This document shows positions 18,652 to 28,169 of a DNA stretch of 64,000 bases, piece by piece. The stretch is from an uncultured Gemmatimonadaceae bacterium. GTDB taxonomy: Bacteria > Gemmatimonadota > Gemmatimonadetes > Gemmatimonadales > Gemmatimonadaceae. The stretch's first letter is position 1. Each line of letters begins with the position of its first letter. The notes beneath the pieces were generated by a model. The model was given only the letters and a program-made list of their open reading frames with translations, was not told the origin of the DNA and ran no database searches. The translations under genes and the position numbers were made by a program. Where the stretch lies: positions 928,001 to 992,000 of the forward strand of contig CAVUDW010000003.1 in NCBI GenBank assembly GCA_963740355.1, read 5' to 3'.

Positions 18652-18826
18652 TCCGGTGACAGCGTAATCCGGTCCCTGATCCCGCAACGGCTTTCACTGT
18701 CACCGGATTACGCCCGCGCTCCCGTCACCGCCGCCCCGGGGATTGTGTGCACTGTCACCGGATTACGGGAATGTGTGCACTGTCACCGGATTACGGGAAT
18801 GAGTGCACTGTCACCGGATTGCCGGG
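18652..18826. repeat. REP-like 28-bp tandem array (GTGTGCACTGTCACCGGATTACGGGAAT x3) plus partial and inverted copies
   Basis: Units at 18745, 18773 and 18801; partial copy 18695-18712; inverted halves 18652-18673. Confidence 0.85.
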
Positions 18827-19669
18827 TCACACGGCCGGCGGCGACGCCCGCACCTTGTCCAACACCCCACGGATGGTCGGCCAGACATTCCGGGCCGCCT
18901 TGGCCGCCCCCTCCTTCGTCGGGTGGATGCCGTCCGTCTGGTTCAGCGGCGCCACCCCCGCCACCCCATCCAGCAGGAAGGGCGTCAGGGTCACCCCGGT
19001 CGCCTTCGCGACGGACGGATACAGCGCGTGGAAGCCGCCGGCATACTCGCCGCCCATGTTCGGCGGGGCCTCCATCTGGACCAGTACCACCTGCGCCCGG
19101 GGCAAGCGAGCCTGCACCTTCTTCACGATCGCGGTGAGGTTCTCGGTCAGGTCCTTCACCGAGATCCCGCGCAACCCGTCGTTCGCCCCGGTCTCGATGA
19201 TCACGACATCCGCCGTGTCCTTCAGCAGCCAATCGGTCCGCCGCAGCGCTCCCGCCGACGTCTCACCGCTGAGCCCGGCATTCTGGATCCGGATCTTGTA
19301 ACCCACGGAATCAGCGATCCGCGCGATCTGGCCCGGCCAGGCTTCGATCGGGTCCGGCAACCCAAGCCCGGCAGTCAGGCTGGTCCCGATGAACAACACC
19401 CGGACCGGCGCCGCAATCGACTTCGGCCCGGGATCGACCGAACTTCCAGCTGCCAACGGCGTTGCACTATCAGTAGTACTGCTAGCAGCAGCCCCGCTAC
19501 CAGTACCGGCTACCGTTGAATCAGTCCCGGCGGCTCCCCCCCGATTGGCAGATTGTGCCGAACCGCCGCCGCCGCAACCATGCAGCACCCCGATCGTGCC
19601 CAGCACGGCGCACCACTGCGTCGCGCGCCGGATCCCGCTGTGCTTCCCACTTCCCTGCTGCTTCCGCAT
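18827..19669 (-). CDS. tesA: Arylesterase / SGNH (TesA-like) lipoprotein
   Basis: FIGTSLTAG, NAGLSGETSAG, ETGANDGLRG, DGIHP; lipobox LHGC; divergent from the ABC pair. Confidence 0.85.
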   Translation of the reverse strand: MRKQQGSGKHSGIRRATQWCAVLGTIGVLHGCGGGGSAQSANRGGAAGTDSTVAGTGSGAAASSTTDSATPLAAGSSVDPGPKSIAAPVRVLFIGTSLTAGLGLPDPIEAWPGQIARIADSVGYKIRIQNAGLSGETSAGALRRTDWLLKDTADVVIIETGANDGLRGISVKDLTENLTAIVKKVQARLPRAQVVLVQMEAPPNMGGEYAGGFHALYPSVAKATGVTLTPFLLDGVAGVAPLNQTDGIHPTKEGAAKAARNVWPTIRGVLDKVRASPPAV

Positions 19670-19709
19670 GTCTGACACCGGTTTGTCGTCACCCAGCCGC
19701 GCGACCCCA

Positions 19710-20423
19710 ATGCTTTCGGTCCGCAATCTGACGAAAGAATATCGCAGCGGTGGCGGCGCGTTGGCGGTCCTGCGCAATGTCTCGTTCGACGTCGCAGCCG
19801 GCGAGACCCTCGCGATCGTCGGCCCCTCAGGCAGCGGCAAGACCACGCTCCTCGGCCTGCTCGCCGGGCTCGATACCCCGACCACCGGCTCCGTGCTCCT
19901 TGCGGGCACCGACCTCGCGCAGCTCGATGAGGATGCACGCGCCCGCCTGCGCGGTGATCGCGTCGGCTTCGTCTTCCAGAGTTTCCAGCTCGTCCCCACG
20001 CTCACCGCGCTCGAAAATGTCCAGGTGCCACTCGAGCTGCGCGGCATCCGCGACAGCGACGCGCGCGCCAAGGACCTGCTCGAGCGCGTCGGACTCGGGA
20101 ACCGCACGCATCACTTTCCGACACAGCTCTCCGGCGGTGAACAGCAGCGTGTCGCCATCGCGCGCGCCTTCGTCAATCGCCCGCGCGTGCTCTTCGCCGA
20201 TGAACCGACCGGCAACCTCGATGGCGCCACCGGGGCACGCATCGTCGAGCTGCTCGAACAGCTGAACCGCGAAGACGGCACCACCATCGTCCTCGTCACG
20301 CACGATCCGGTGCTCGCCAAGCGCCTCGGCCGCAGCATCCGACTCGCCGATGGTCTGATCATCGAGGACACCGGCGCATCCACCTCCGGCATCGCCCCCG
20401 CTGCAGCCGAGGCGGTCGCGTGA
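19710..20423 (+). CDS. ABC transporter ATP-binding protein (YbbA/LolD-like)
   Basis: GPSGSGKTT, LSGGEQQRVAIARA, LFADEPTGNLD, VTHD. Confidence 0.93.
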   Translation: MLSVRNLTKEYRSGGGALAVLRNVSFDVAAGETLAIVGPSGSGKTTLLGLLAGLDTPTTGSVLLAGTDLAQLDEDARARLRGDRVGFVFQSFQLVPTLTALENVQVPLELRGIRDSDARAKDLLERVGLGNRTHHFPTQLSGGEQQRVAIARAFVNRPRVLFADEPTGNLDGATGARIVELLEQLNREDGTTIVLVTHDPVLAKRLGRSIRLADGLIIEDTGASTSGIAPAAAEAVA

Positions 20424-22996
20424 GCGGTCCACACACCGGCGCCCGTTTTCCGTGGCGTCGATTGCCGTCACTGGCATGGAAGGAAAGCCGCACCGCCCGC
20501 AAACGACTGCTGCTCTACATGTCGTCGATTGCGCTCGGCGTGGCAGCACTGGTGGCCATCGATTCCTTCGCTGATAACCTGACCAAGTCGGTCCGCGAGC
20601 AGAGTCGCTCACTGCTGGGCGGAGACGCGTCACTCACCACGCGCACCGAGATGTCACCAGCCGCGGACTCGCTGGTCGACTCGCTGGGCCGCAGCGGGAT
20701 GACGATCGCGAAAATCGTCGAGTTTCCGTCGATGGCCGCGATCACTGCCAGCGGCAATACGCGCCTCGTGCAGGTGCGCGGGGTGTCGAACACCTACCCG
20801 CTGTACGGCGCAGTGATCACCGAGCCAGCCGCCTCATTCGCCAGAATTCGCACTGAACATGCGGTGATCGTCGATCCTGGCCTGCTGATCTCCCTCAATG
20901 CACGCGTCGGGGATTCACTCTCCCTCGGTTATGCGACCTTCGTGATCGCCGGCACGCTGCAGCAGGTGCCGGGAGACGCGGGCTTTGTGTCGGTGGTCGG
21001 CCCCCGCGTCTTCGTGTCGTCGCAATGGCTCGACGAAACGCGGCTACTCGCGTTCGGGTCGCGCGCATCATACGAGACGCTGCTCAAGATGCCGCCCAGC
21101 ATCACGGCCACCACCTGGGCCGCGAAAAGCAAGCCAACGCTGGAGAAGCTCAAGCTCCGTGTCCGCACCGCCGCGCAGTCGGAAGCCAACGTCACCGAGG
21201 CGATCGACACGCTGAGCAACTTCCTCGGTCTCGTCGGCCTGGTGGCTTTGCTGCTGGGTGGCATCGGCGTCGCGTCCGGCGTGAATGCCTTCATCCGACG
21301 GAAGCAGGAAACGATCGCCGTGTTGCGCTGCCTCGGCGCCACCAGTGGTCAGGTGCTGGTGATCTACGGCATCCAGACGGCGCTGATGGGCCTTGCCGGT
21401 GCATCGGCCGGCGCAGCACTCGGCGTCGGTATTCAACTCGCCTTGCCCGGCCTCGTGCGCGACATGTTGCCAGTGGATGTGTCGGTGTCACTCTCGCCGA
21501 TTGCGATTCTCTCCGGGCTCGCCGTCGGCGTCTGGGTCGCGCTGGCGTTTGCACTTCGGCCGTTGGTCGGTGTGCGCAACATCTCGCCGCTGCAGGTCTT
21601 GCGCACCGAGGTGGACGAGAGCCAGAAGGTGAAGTGGTACAAGGATTGGCGCGGCCTGCTGGTGACTGCCGGTATCGTCGCCAGCGTGATTGGCCTCGCC
21701 ATCCAGCGCGCCGGCGGCCTGCGTGAAGGACTTGCCATCAGCGGCGCCATTTCACTGGTGCTGCTGCTGTTGCTGGGGAGCGCGTCGCTGCTGATGTGGG
21801 TGGCCCGCAAGCTGTTGCGCGCCGGTTGGCCCTATGTGATGCGGCAGGGCGTGGCAAACCTCTATCGTCCGTCGAACCAGACGCGTTCAGTCGTGCTGTC
21901 GCTGGGCTTCGGCGCCTTCCTCGTCAGCACGCTCTACCTGCTGCAGACGACCCTGCTCACGCGCTTCAACGTCGATGCGCAGGCCAGTGGCGGCAACGTG
22001 TTGTTCTACGATGTGCAGGATGACCAGGGCCCGTGGATGGACACGGTCATCAAGCAGTCCGGCCACAAGCTGATTCAGCGCGTCCCGATCGTGACGATGC
22101 GGCTGGCCGAAGTGAAGGGGGTGCCGGTGAAAGTCGCACAGGCGGCCGCAGAGAAGCTGAAGAAGGCGCCGTGGCCCTACTCACGCGAGTATCGCAGCAC
22201 CTATCGTGACACGCTGGTGAAGAGCGAGGAGCTGACGTCGGGGAAGTGGTTCGACAAGGCCCCTGCCGCGCCTGCCGGAATGAGTCGCGTCAGCATCGAC
22301 GAAAGCATCGCCGACGACCTGCTGATCAAGGTCGGCGACGAACTGACCTGGAATGTGCAGGGTGCGATGGTGAAGACCATCGTCTCCAGCACACGCAAGG
22401 TGAACTTCGCCCGCTTCGAGCCGAACTTCTTCGTCGTCTTCGAATCGAGCGCGATCAAGGATGCGCCCAAGCAATTCGCCGTGATCGCGAATGTCACGGG
22501 GGACAGCGCGGTGGCCGCGTTGCAGCGCGATGTGGTAAAGAAATACCCGAACGTCAGCTCACTCGACATCTCGCTGATCACGCGCACGATCACGAACATC
22601 CTCGACAAGGTCAGCACCGCCATCCGATTCATGGCCGTCTTCGCGCTGATCATGGGCGTGCCGGTGCTGATCAGCGCCGTCGCCGCGACCCGTCGCGAGC
22701 GGCTGCGTGAAGGGGTGCTGCTGAAGGTGCTCGGCGCGACGCGCTCCCAGATCGGCCGCATCATGGTCAGCGAGTACGCGGTCCTGGGAATGCTGGGCGC
22801 GCTGGCCGGCATGTTGCTCGGCATCGGCGGCGCGTGGGGCCTGGCGAAGTTCAGCTTCAAGGTCCCGTTCGTGATGGCATGGACGCCCGCGCTTGCGATC
22901 GCGGGGCTGCTCCTGTTCATCACGATTCTCGTCGGTGTGCTGACGGGTCGCGAAGTCTTCCGCGAAACACCGATGGCAGCCCTGCGCGACAGCTAA
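20420..22996 (+). CDS. ABC transporter permease (YbbP/FtsX-like)
   Basis: Two FtsX-like TM repeats, IAVLRCLGA, LLKVLGATR; coupled to the ATPase. Confidence 0.9.
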   Translation: MSGPHTGARFPWRRLPSLAWKESRTARKRLLLYMSSIALGVAALVAIDSFADNLTKSVREQSRSLLGGDASLTTRTEMSPAADSLVDSLGRSGMTIAKIVEFPSMAAITASGNTRLVQVRGVSNTYPLYGAVITEPAASFARIRTEHAVIVDPGLLISLNARVGDSLSLGYATFVIAGTLQQVPGDAGFVSVVGPRVFVSSQWLDETRLLAFGSRASYETLLKMPPSITATTWAAKSKPTLEKLKLRVRTAAQSEANVTEAIDTLSNFLGLVGLVALLLGGIGVASGVNAFIRRKQETIAVLRCLGATSGQVLVIYGIQTALMGLAGASAGAALGVGIQLALPGLVRDMLPVDVSVSLSPIAILSGLAVGVWVALAFALRPLVGVRNISPLQVLRTEVDESQKVKWYKDWRGLLVTAGIVASVIGLAIQRAGGLREGLAISGAISLVLLLLLGSASLLMWVARKLLRAGWPYVMRQGVANLYRPSNQTRSVVLSLGFGAFLVSTLYLLQTTLLTRFNVDAQASGGNVLFYDVQDDQGPWMDTVIKQSGHKLIQRVPIVTMRLAEVKGVPVKVAQAAAEKLKKAPWPYSREYRSTYRDTLVKSEELTSGKWFDKAPAAPAGMSRVSIDESIADDLLIKVGDELTWNVQGAMVKTIVSSTRKVNFARFEPNFFVVFESSAIKDAPKQFAVIANVTGDSAVAALQRDVVKKYPNVSSLDISLITRTITNILDKVSTAIRFMAVFALIMGVPVLISAVAATRRERLREGVLLKVLGATRSQIGRIMVSEYAVLGMLGALAGMLLGIGGAWGLAKFSFKVPFVMAWTPALAIAGLLLFITILVGVLTGREVFRETPMAALRDS

Positions 22997-23026
22997 CGAC
23001 GCGCAGGGCTCGACCATCGACAGCGG

Positions 23027-24361
23027 TCAGGGCACAACCAGCCTGACAGTCGTCGTCTGGCCCGAGACGATCGTGGCGCGCGTCTCGACGAGCGTGCCAC
23101 CGAACGGAATCGCCAGGACGCGCACTTCGCCAAGCGGAACGTTCGTGAATCGTGCGGTGCCGGTGCTGTCAGTGTTCTTGTTGCCGAGCAGGGTGTTGAA
23201 GTTGAGGCCAGGCGCTTGCACGACCACACCGATGTTCGGCGCCACTGCCCCGCCCTGTGTGCCCCGCGTCACGATCGCCTGCAGCGTGCCGAGCGCCGCG
23301 CGCTTTGCCTTCAGCGCGTCGGGGATGTTCGCACGGTGCACGGTCATCACGCTGTAGATCGAGAGCGCAGTGGCCACACTCGGCGCCGCGTTCTTCGGTT
23401 CCAGGATCAGGTCGACGCGCGAGTAGTTCTCGACCGCGCCGATCGCATCGGTCGATGCCTGGAATGCCCGCAGCACAGGGATGATGCTGTCAGTGCCGAC
23501 GTCTGCGTCACGCAGCAGGTTGCCCTTGTCGTCGAACACATTGCCGAACGCATACGCAATGCCGGACAGGCTGTCGATGATGTACGGCTGGTAGTAGTAG
23601 CCACGCGGCGGCTTGCGCAGCCCACTGAAGTCGACACGAATGGCGGGCTTGCCGTTCTTCAGCGCATCCCAGAAACCAAGCGTGCCGCTGCCGCCGGCAG
23701 TGAATGCGGTCTGCCGCGCCGGACTGAGGAAGTCCCCAAAGGTGCCACGCAGCGTGTCAGGCGGGATGGCGTCATCGTCGCGCGTCGGTGTGCCCTTCTG
23801 ATCGCGGAACTTCACGAACAGCGGTCGCGCCGTCGAGTCGGTGAAGCCGGTGCGCGTGGAGTCGGACTGGATCGTGAGCACCAGCCACGACGAACGCTGC
23901 TGCGCCGAATCGGTCGCGCTGAGGGTGACGCGGAACCGCAGCTTCTGTCCGAAGAAACCACCGCGCCAGAAGTCGCGCACGCCCGCGGTCCGGTTCGTAT
24001 CCACCGGCGAGGTGAGCCCACCATTCGCGTCCAGCAACGAATCGGTGCGCACCACCCACTGCAGGTGTGAGACCGGCGTGGCCGATGAATCGAGGCCGTT
24101 GACGATGTAGAACTGATAGCGTGCCTTGCCGTCCAATTGCTTCAGCAGCGCCACTTCGCCGACGATCGAATCGACGACGGCAGCATTGTTGACGGTCCGG
24201 CCGAAGGCCTTGGCGACCATCGTTGGCGTGCGGACGGACGACACGGCGGTGAAGCTCGCGTCATAGCCACCACCACCCTGCGGGGTGACGGCGTCGTCGC
24301 TGCTGCAGGCGGCCAAAACGGCGGCACCAGTGAGCGCGGCAAACAGGAGTCGCATGTTCAC
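23027..24361 (-). CDS. Lipoprotein with C-terminal carboxypeptidase-regulatory-like domain
   Basis: Lipobox LAAC; C-terminal TDSTGTARFTNVPLGEVRV...TIVSGQTTTVRL. Confidence 0.7.
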   Translation of the reverse strand: MNMRLLFAALTGAAVLAACSSDDAVTPQGGGGYDASFTAVSSVRTPTMVAKAFGRTVNNAAVVDSIVGEVALLKQLDGKARYQFYIVNGLDSSATPVSHLQWVVRTDSLLDANGGLTSPVDTNRTAGVRDFWRGGFFGQKLRFRVTLSATDSAQQRSSWLVLTIQSDSTRTGFTDSTARPLFVKFRDQKGTPTRDDDAIPPDTLRGTFGDFLSPARQTAFTAGGSGTLGFWDALKNGKPAIRVDFSGLRKPPRGYYYQPYIIDSLSGIAYAFGNVFDDKGNLLRDADVGTDSIIPVLRAFQASTDAIGAVENYSRVDLILEPKNAAPSVATALSIYSVMTVHRANIPDALKAKRAALGTLQAIVTRGTQGGAVAPNIGVVVQAPGLNFNTLLGNKNTDSTGTARFTNVPLGEVRVLAIPFGGTLVETRATIVSGQTTTVRLVVP

Positions 24362-25143
24362 TTCTTCCCTCCGCTCGTCTTCTTCACGCCAAGCCGGTAG
24401 GTGAGGCTGATGATGACTCGCGCGCCACCAAAGCTTTTCTTCGCCGGCGGCGGTGCGGTGAACGGTGTGGTGAAGACAGGATCCTGGAGTGCCGGATCAC
24501 TGGGCCGCAGCTTTTCGCGATCGAAGTTCATGAATTGCGCGAAGCCGAGACTGGCACCGATGCCGAACCGCGGCGTGATGTCTGCTTCACCGACGAACGA
24601 CGCGCCGAAGGTCGGGGCGATGAATGTGCCCGCGTCGGCGCCGGCGGCCGGTGACGGAAACATCGCGTACACGCCAGCATTGGCTCCGAAGCCGGCGCGG
24701 AACTTCTCGGCTTCGTCCAACGGGAACAGCACATCGGCGGTGGCACGCGTCGCCAGCATCAGGGCATGACCATCGACCGACAGATACTGGATCGAGTCAC
24801 CGACCGTCCGCTTCTCGTATGGGAAGTAGTTGCCGTCGATCGTGGTCCGGCCGAGGTCGATCGATGCACCGAGGAACAACCACTCGGGCGAGACCTGGCG
24901 CCGGAAGCCTGTCGAACCCACGAACATCTTCGCCTTGGTGGCGTTATCGGCGCTGAGGGTGATGAGACCACCGCCCTTGAGGATTTCGGTGCGCCGCTTG
25001 GGCGCCTTCACCGAGGAACGCGTACCGGTCGGCACTGGATCGGGCCGACGAACCTGCGCGATCAGGGAGAGTGGCAGCGCGCCGAGGAGCAGGGCCGTAC
25101 TGGCGCTCCGGCGCAGCCAACCACTCCGATTCGAAGAATGCAT
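24358..25143 (-). CDS. Exported beta-strand-rich protein (probable outer-membrane beta-barrel)
   Basis: Signal peptide; alternating amphipathic strands; terminal ISLTYRLG; overlaps the start of the next gene. Confidence 0.6.
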   Translation of the reverse strand: MHSSNRSGWLRRSASTALLLGALPLSLIAQVRRPDPVPTGTRSSVKAPKRRTEILKGGGLITLSADNATKAKMFVGSTGFRRQVSPEWLFLGASIDLGRTTIDGNYFPYEKRTVGDSIQYLSVDGHALMLATRATADVLFPLDEAEKFRAGFGANAGVYAMFPSPAAGADAGTFIAPTFGASFVGEADITPRFGIGASLGFAQFMNFDREKLRPSDPALQDPVFTTPFTAPPPAKKSFGGARVIISLTYRLGVKKTSGGKK

Positions 25144-25283
25144 GAAGAGATGTTGAGTCAAAGACAGCGGCGTCACCTGCTCAGCGCCGCGTCTGCGGGC
25201 CTCTGATGTGGACGATAGAGGATAATCGCCGTCACCAGAGGCGCGGCCCGAGGGGCACCAATTCGGGCCCTCACATCGCGCCA

Positions 25284-25308
25284 CCTGCACCGCTGCGAGC
25301 GGTGCAGG
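25284..25308. terminator. Hairpin downstream of tex
   Basis: CCTGCACCGCT-GCG-AGCGGTGCAGG perfect 11-bp stem; no clear U-tract. Confidence 0.45.
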
Positions 25309-25326
25309 CACCCTCCCCGATGCGCA

Positions 25327-27585
25327 CTACTTGAAGCGGATGCCGTTCGGCGCGATGTAGCCTTTGACGGGCTGGACAGGAGCCTTGGCCGCTGGCGGCG
25401 GCGTTTGCGGTCGCGGTCCGCGCGCTTTTGGTGCTGCCGATGCGGCGGGACGTTCACCGGTCTTCATGGTGAGCGCGATGCGATTGCGCTGCAGGTCCAC
25501 CGCCTGCACGGTCACCATCACCTTCTGCCCGACCTGCACCACGTCGTTGGGATCCTTCACAAACTTGTCCGACAGCTGGCTCACATGCACCAGTCCATCC
25601 TGGTGCACGCCGATGTCGACAAAGGCACCAAATGCAACGATATTCGTCACGACCCCTTCCAGCACCATGCCGGCGCTGAGGTGCTTGGGCTCCGTCACAT
25701 CATCCCGGAAGGCGGGCGGCACGAAGCTCTCACGTGGGTCGCGGCCCGGCTTCCGCAATTCGGTCACGATGTCGTGCAGCGTCGGCAGGCCGACATCGGC
25801 CGAGACGTACGGTGTGAGGTCGAGCTGCGACAAGACGGCTTCGTTCCCCACCAGCTCCTGCAGCGACACGCCGACATCCTTCGCCATTCGCGCCACCAGC
25901 GTGTACCGCTCAGGGTGCACCGCGCTGGCGTCGAGGGGATGTGTGCCTCCACGCACGCGAAGGAAACCGCCGGCCTGTTCGAAGGCCTTGGCGCCGAGGC
26001 GCGGGACGTCCTGCAGTTCCTTGCGAGCCGTGAAGCCACCCTTCGCGTCGCGCGTGGCCACGATCGACTGCGCCAGCGCTGGGCCGACACCGGAGACGTA
26101 GGCCAGCAACTGCGCCGAGGCGGTGTTCACTTCCACGCCGACGCGGTTCACGCAGCTCTCGACGATGTCGTCGAGGCGCTGACGGAGCTTCGGCTGGTTG
26201 ACGTCATGCTGGTACTGCCCCACACCGATCGACTTCGGATCGATCTTCACCAACTCGGCCAGCGGGTCCTGCAAGCGGCGCGCGATCGACACCGCGCCGC
26301 GAATCGAGACATCGAGATCGGGGAACTCCTCACGCGCCACGTCGCTGGCCGAATAGACCGACGCGCCGGCCTCACTCACGACCACCACCGTGGGCGCGGG
26401 GGGCTCGAGTTCGCGCAACGTGGCGCGCACCAGTGTCTCCGTCTCACGCGACGCGGTGCCGTTGCCAATCGCAATCAGCTCCGGCTTGAAACGCGCCACG
26501 ACCGCGCGGATGGTGGCCGCGAACCGGTCCTCCTGGTGCAGGTAGAGCGTGTCGGTGTGCTGCAGCGCGCCGGTCTTGCTGACGAACGCGATCTTGACGC
26601 CAGTGCGGAAGCCTGGGTCGAGCCCGAGCACACTCTTCTCACCAGCAGGCGCCGACAGCAGCAACTGCTCGAGGTTCCGGCCGAAGATGATGATCGCTTC
26701 CTCGTCGGCGCGCGTCTTCAGCTCGAGACGCAGCTCGACTTCGATGCTCGGTGCCAGCAGGCGGTTGTATGCATCATCCGCCACCAGCCCAAGCAGCGTG
26801 GCCGCCTTCCGATTGCCGATCACGTCGCGCTGCAGCCGCGGCGCGATGTCGACGAGTGGTGCTTCGACGCTCCAGACCAGCTCACCCTCGGTCTCGCCGC
26901 GACGGATAGCGAGCACGCGATGTGACGGGATGGTGCCAAGTGACTCGCGGAAATCGAAGTAGTCTGAAAACTTCGAGTGTTCCTCGGTGCGGCCATACGA
27001 GCGCGCGCTCTTCACCGCTCCCTTGGTGCGCGTGACGTCACGGATCCACCCGCGGACGCCGGCATCTTCCGCCACCTGCTCGGCGAGAATGTCGCGTGCC
27101 CCCTGCAGCGCCGCGTCGACGTCGGCGACTTCCTTCTCGACGTCGACGAATGCCAGGGCGGCCTCGCGTGCCGTGGTGTCGTCGAGCGTTCCCGCCCACA
27201 ACTGTTCGGCCAGCGGCCCGAGGCCACGTTCGCGTGCGATGATCGCTCGCGTGCGGCGCTTCGGCTTGTACGGCAGGTAGAGGTCTTCCAGCGCCTGCTT
27301 GGTGGTGGCACCGAGGATCGAGGCCTTCAGCTTGTCGTCCAGCTTGCCCTGCTCATCGATGCTCTTGAGGACGGCAGCACGGCGTTCCTCGAGCTCGCCG
27401 AGGTACTGCGCCCGATCACGCACGTCACGCAACTGAACCTCGTCCAGCCCACCAGTCACTTCCTTGCGATAGCGGGCAATGAACGGCAGCGTGTTCCCCT
27501 CGCCGAACAGTTCGAGGGTGCGCTCGACCGATGCCACCGGGAGCGCGAGTTCACGTGCAACAGTCAGTACGAGGGACGAAGCCAT
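25327..27585 (-). CDS. tex: Tex family RNA-binding transcriptional accessory protein
   Basis: TLPFIARYRKEVTGGLDE, LGLDPGFRTG, SEAGASVYSAS, RRLQDPLAELVKIDPKSIGVGQYQHDV, C-terminal S1 domain. Confidence 0.96.
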   Translation of the reverse strand: MASSLVLTVARELALPVASVERTLELFGEGNTLPFIARYRKEVTGGLDEVQLRDVRDRAQYLGELEERRAAVLKSIDEQGKLDDKLKASILGATTKQALEDLYLPYKPKRRTRAIIARERGLGPLAEQLWAGTLDDTTAREAALAFVDVEKEVADVDAALQGARDILAEQVAEDAGVRGWIRDVTRTKGAVKSARSYGRTEEHSKFSDYFDFRESLGTIPSHRVLAIRRGETEGELVWSVEAPLVDIAPRLQRDVIGNRKAATLLGLVADDAYNRLLAPSIEVELRLELKTRADEEAIIIFGRNLEQLLLSAPAGEKSVLGLDPGFRTGVKIAFVSKTGALQHTDTLYLHQEDRFAATIRAVVARFKPELIAIGNGTASRETETLVRATLRELEPPAPTVVVVSEAGASVYSASDVAREEFPDLDVSIRGAVSIARRLQDPLAELVKIDPKSIGVGQYQHDVNQPKLRQRLDDIVESCVNRVGVEVNTASAQLLAYVSGVGPALAQSIVATRDAKGGFTARKELQDVPRLGAKAFEQAGGFLRVRGGTHPLDASAVHPERYTLVARMAKDVGVSLQELVGNEAVLSQLDLTPYVSADVGLPTLHDIVTELRKPGRDPRESFVPPAFRDDVTEPKHLSAGMVLEGVVTNIVAFGAFVDIGVHQDGLVHVSQLSDKFVKDPNDVVQVGQKVMVTVQAVDLQRNRIALTMKTGERPAASAAPKARGPRPQTPPPAAKAPVQPVKGYIAPNGIRFK

Positions 27586-27719
27586 CAGTCAGCAGCTCGG
27601 GAGTCGGGGCAAATGCAGAGTCGGCAAACTGGTGCCACTCCCCCTCTCCAGCAACGCCTTGACACGCGAGCTCGGAATCGTTTGCAGCCCGAGCTGTTCG
27701 CTTCGCGCGCACCTTCGCT

Positions 27720-28137
27720 TAACGCGCATGGGAGCGGGAGACCACGGAGCTCACGGAGTAGCGCCATTCGCGAGCTTTCGCTTTCCGCCACCTCACTTAA
27801 CCGCAATGTGAGCGGGAGGCCACGGAGCTCACGGAGTAGCGCCATACTCGGAGGGTCGCGTTGCGCAACGGAAGAGACGGAAGGGAACTGCAGTTACCTC
27901 CATGTCACCATCGGCGCGCGAAACACGGTTGGCTGCCTGCCGAGCTACTCCGTGAGCTCTGTGGCCTCCCCCCCATTGCTGTTAAAGGAGGGGGCGCAAA
28001 ATGAAGGCTCGCCGATGGAGCTACTCCGTGAGCTCCGTGGCCTCCCCCCCATTGCTGTTCTCAAAGGCTGCGAAGAGCGGAAGCTGGCCGATGGAGCTAC
28101 TCCGTGAGCTCCGTGGCCTCCGCTCCATTTGCAGTTT
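27720..28137. repeat. REP-like cluster of five copies of GGAGGCCACGGAGCTCACGGAGTAGC (2 forward, 3 reverse)
   Basis: Cores at 27737 and 27815 (+); 27944, 28020 and 28096 (-). Confidence 0.88.
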
Positions 28138-28169
28138 ACGATCGCACGAACGGCACCAGCGCCAACGGG

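Noticed and set aside
19370..19395. GTSL instead of GDSL in the arylesterase as a sign of inactivation
   Set aside because: The catalytic Ser, Gly, Asn, Asp and His of the SGNH blocks are all present.
27720..28137. CRISPR array, or the small ORFs containing LLRELRGLP
   Set aside because: The repeats switch orientation, and the peptides are just translations of the DNA repeat.
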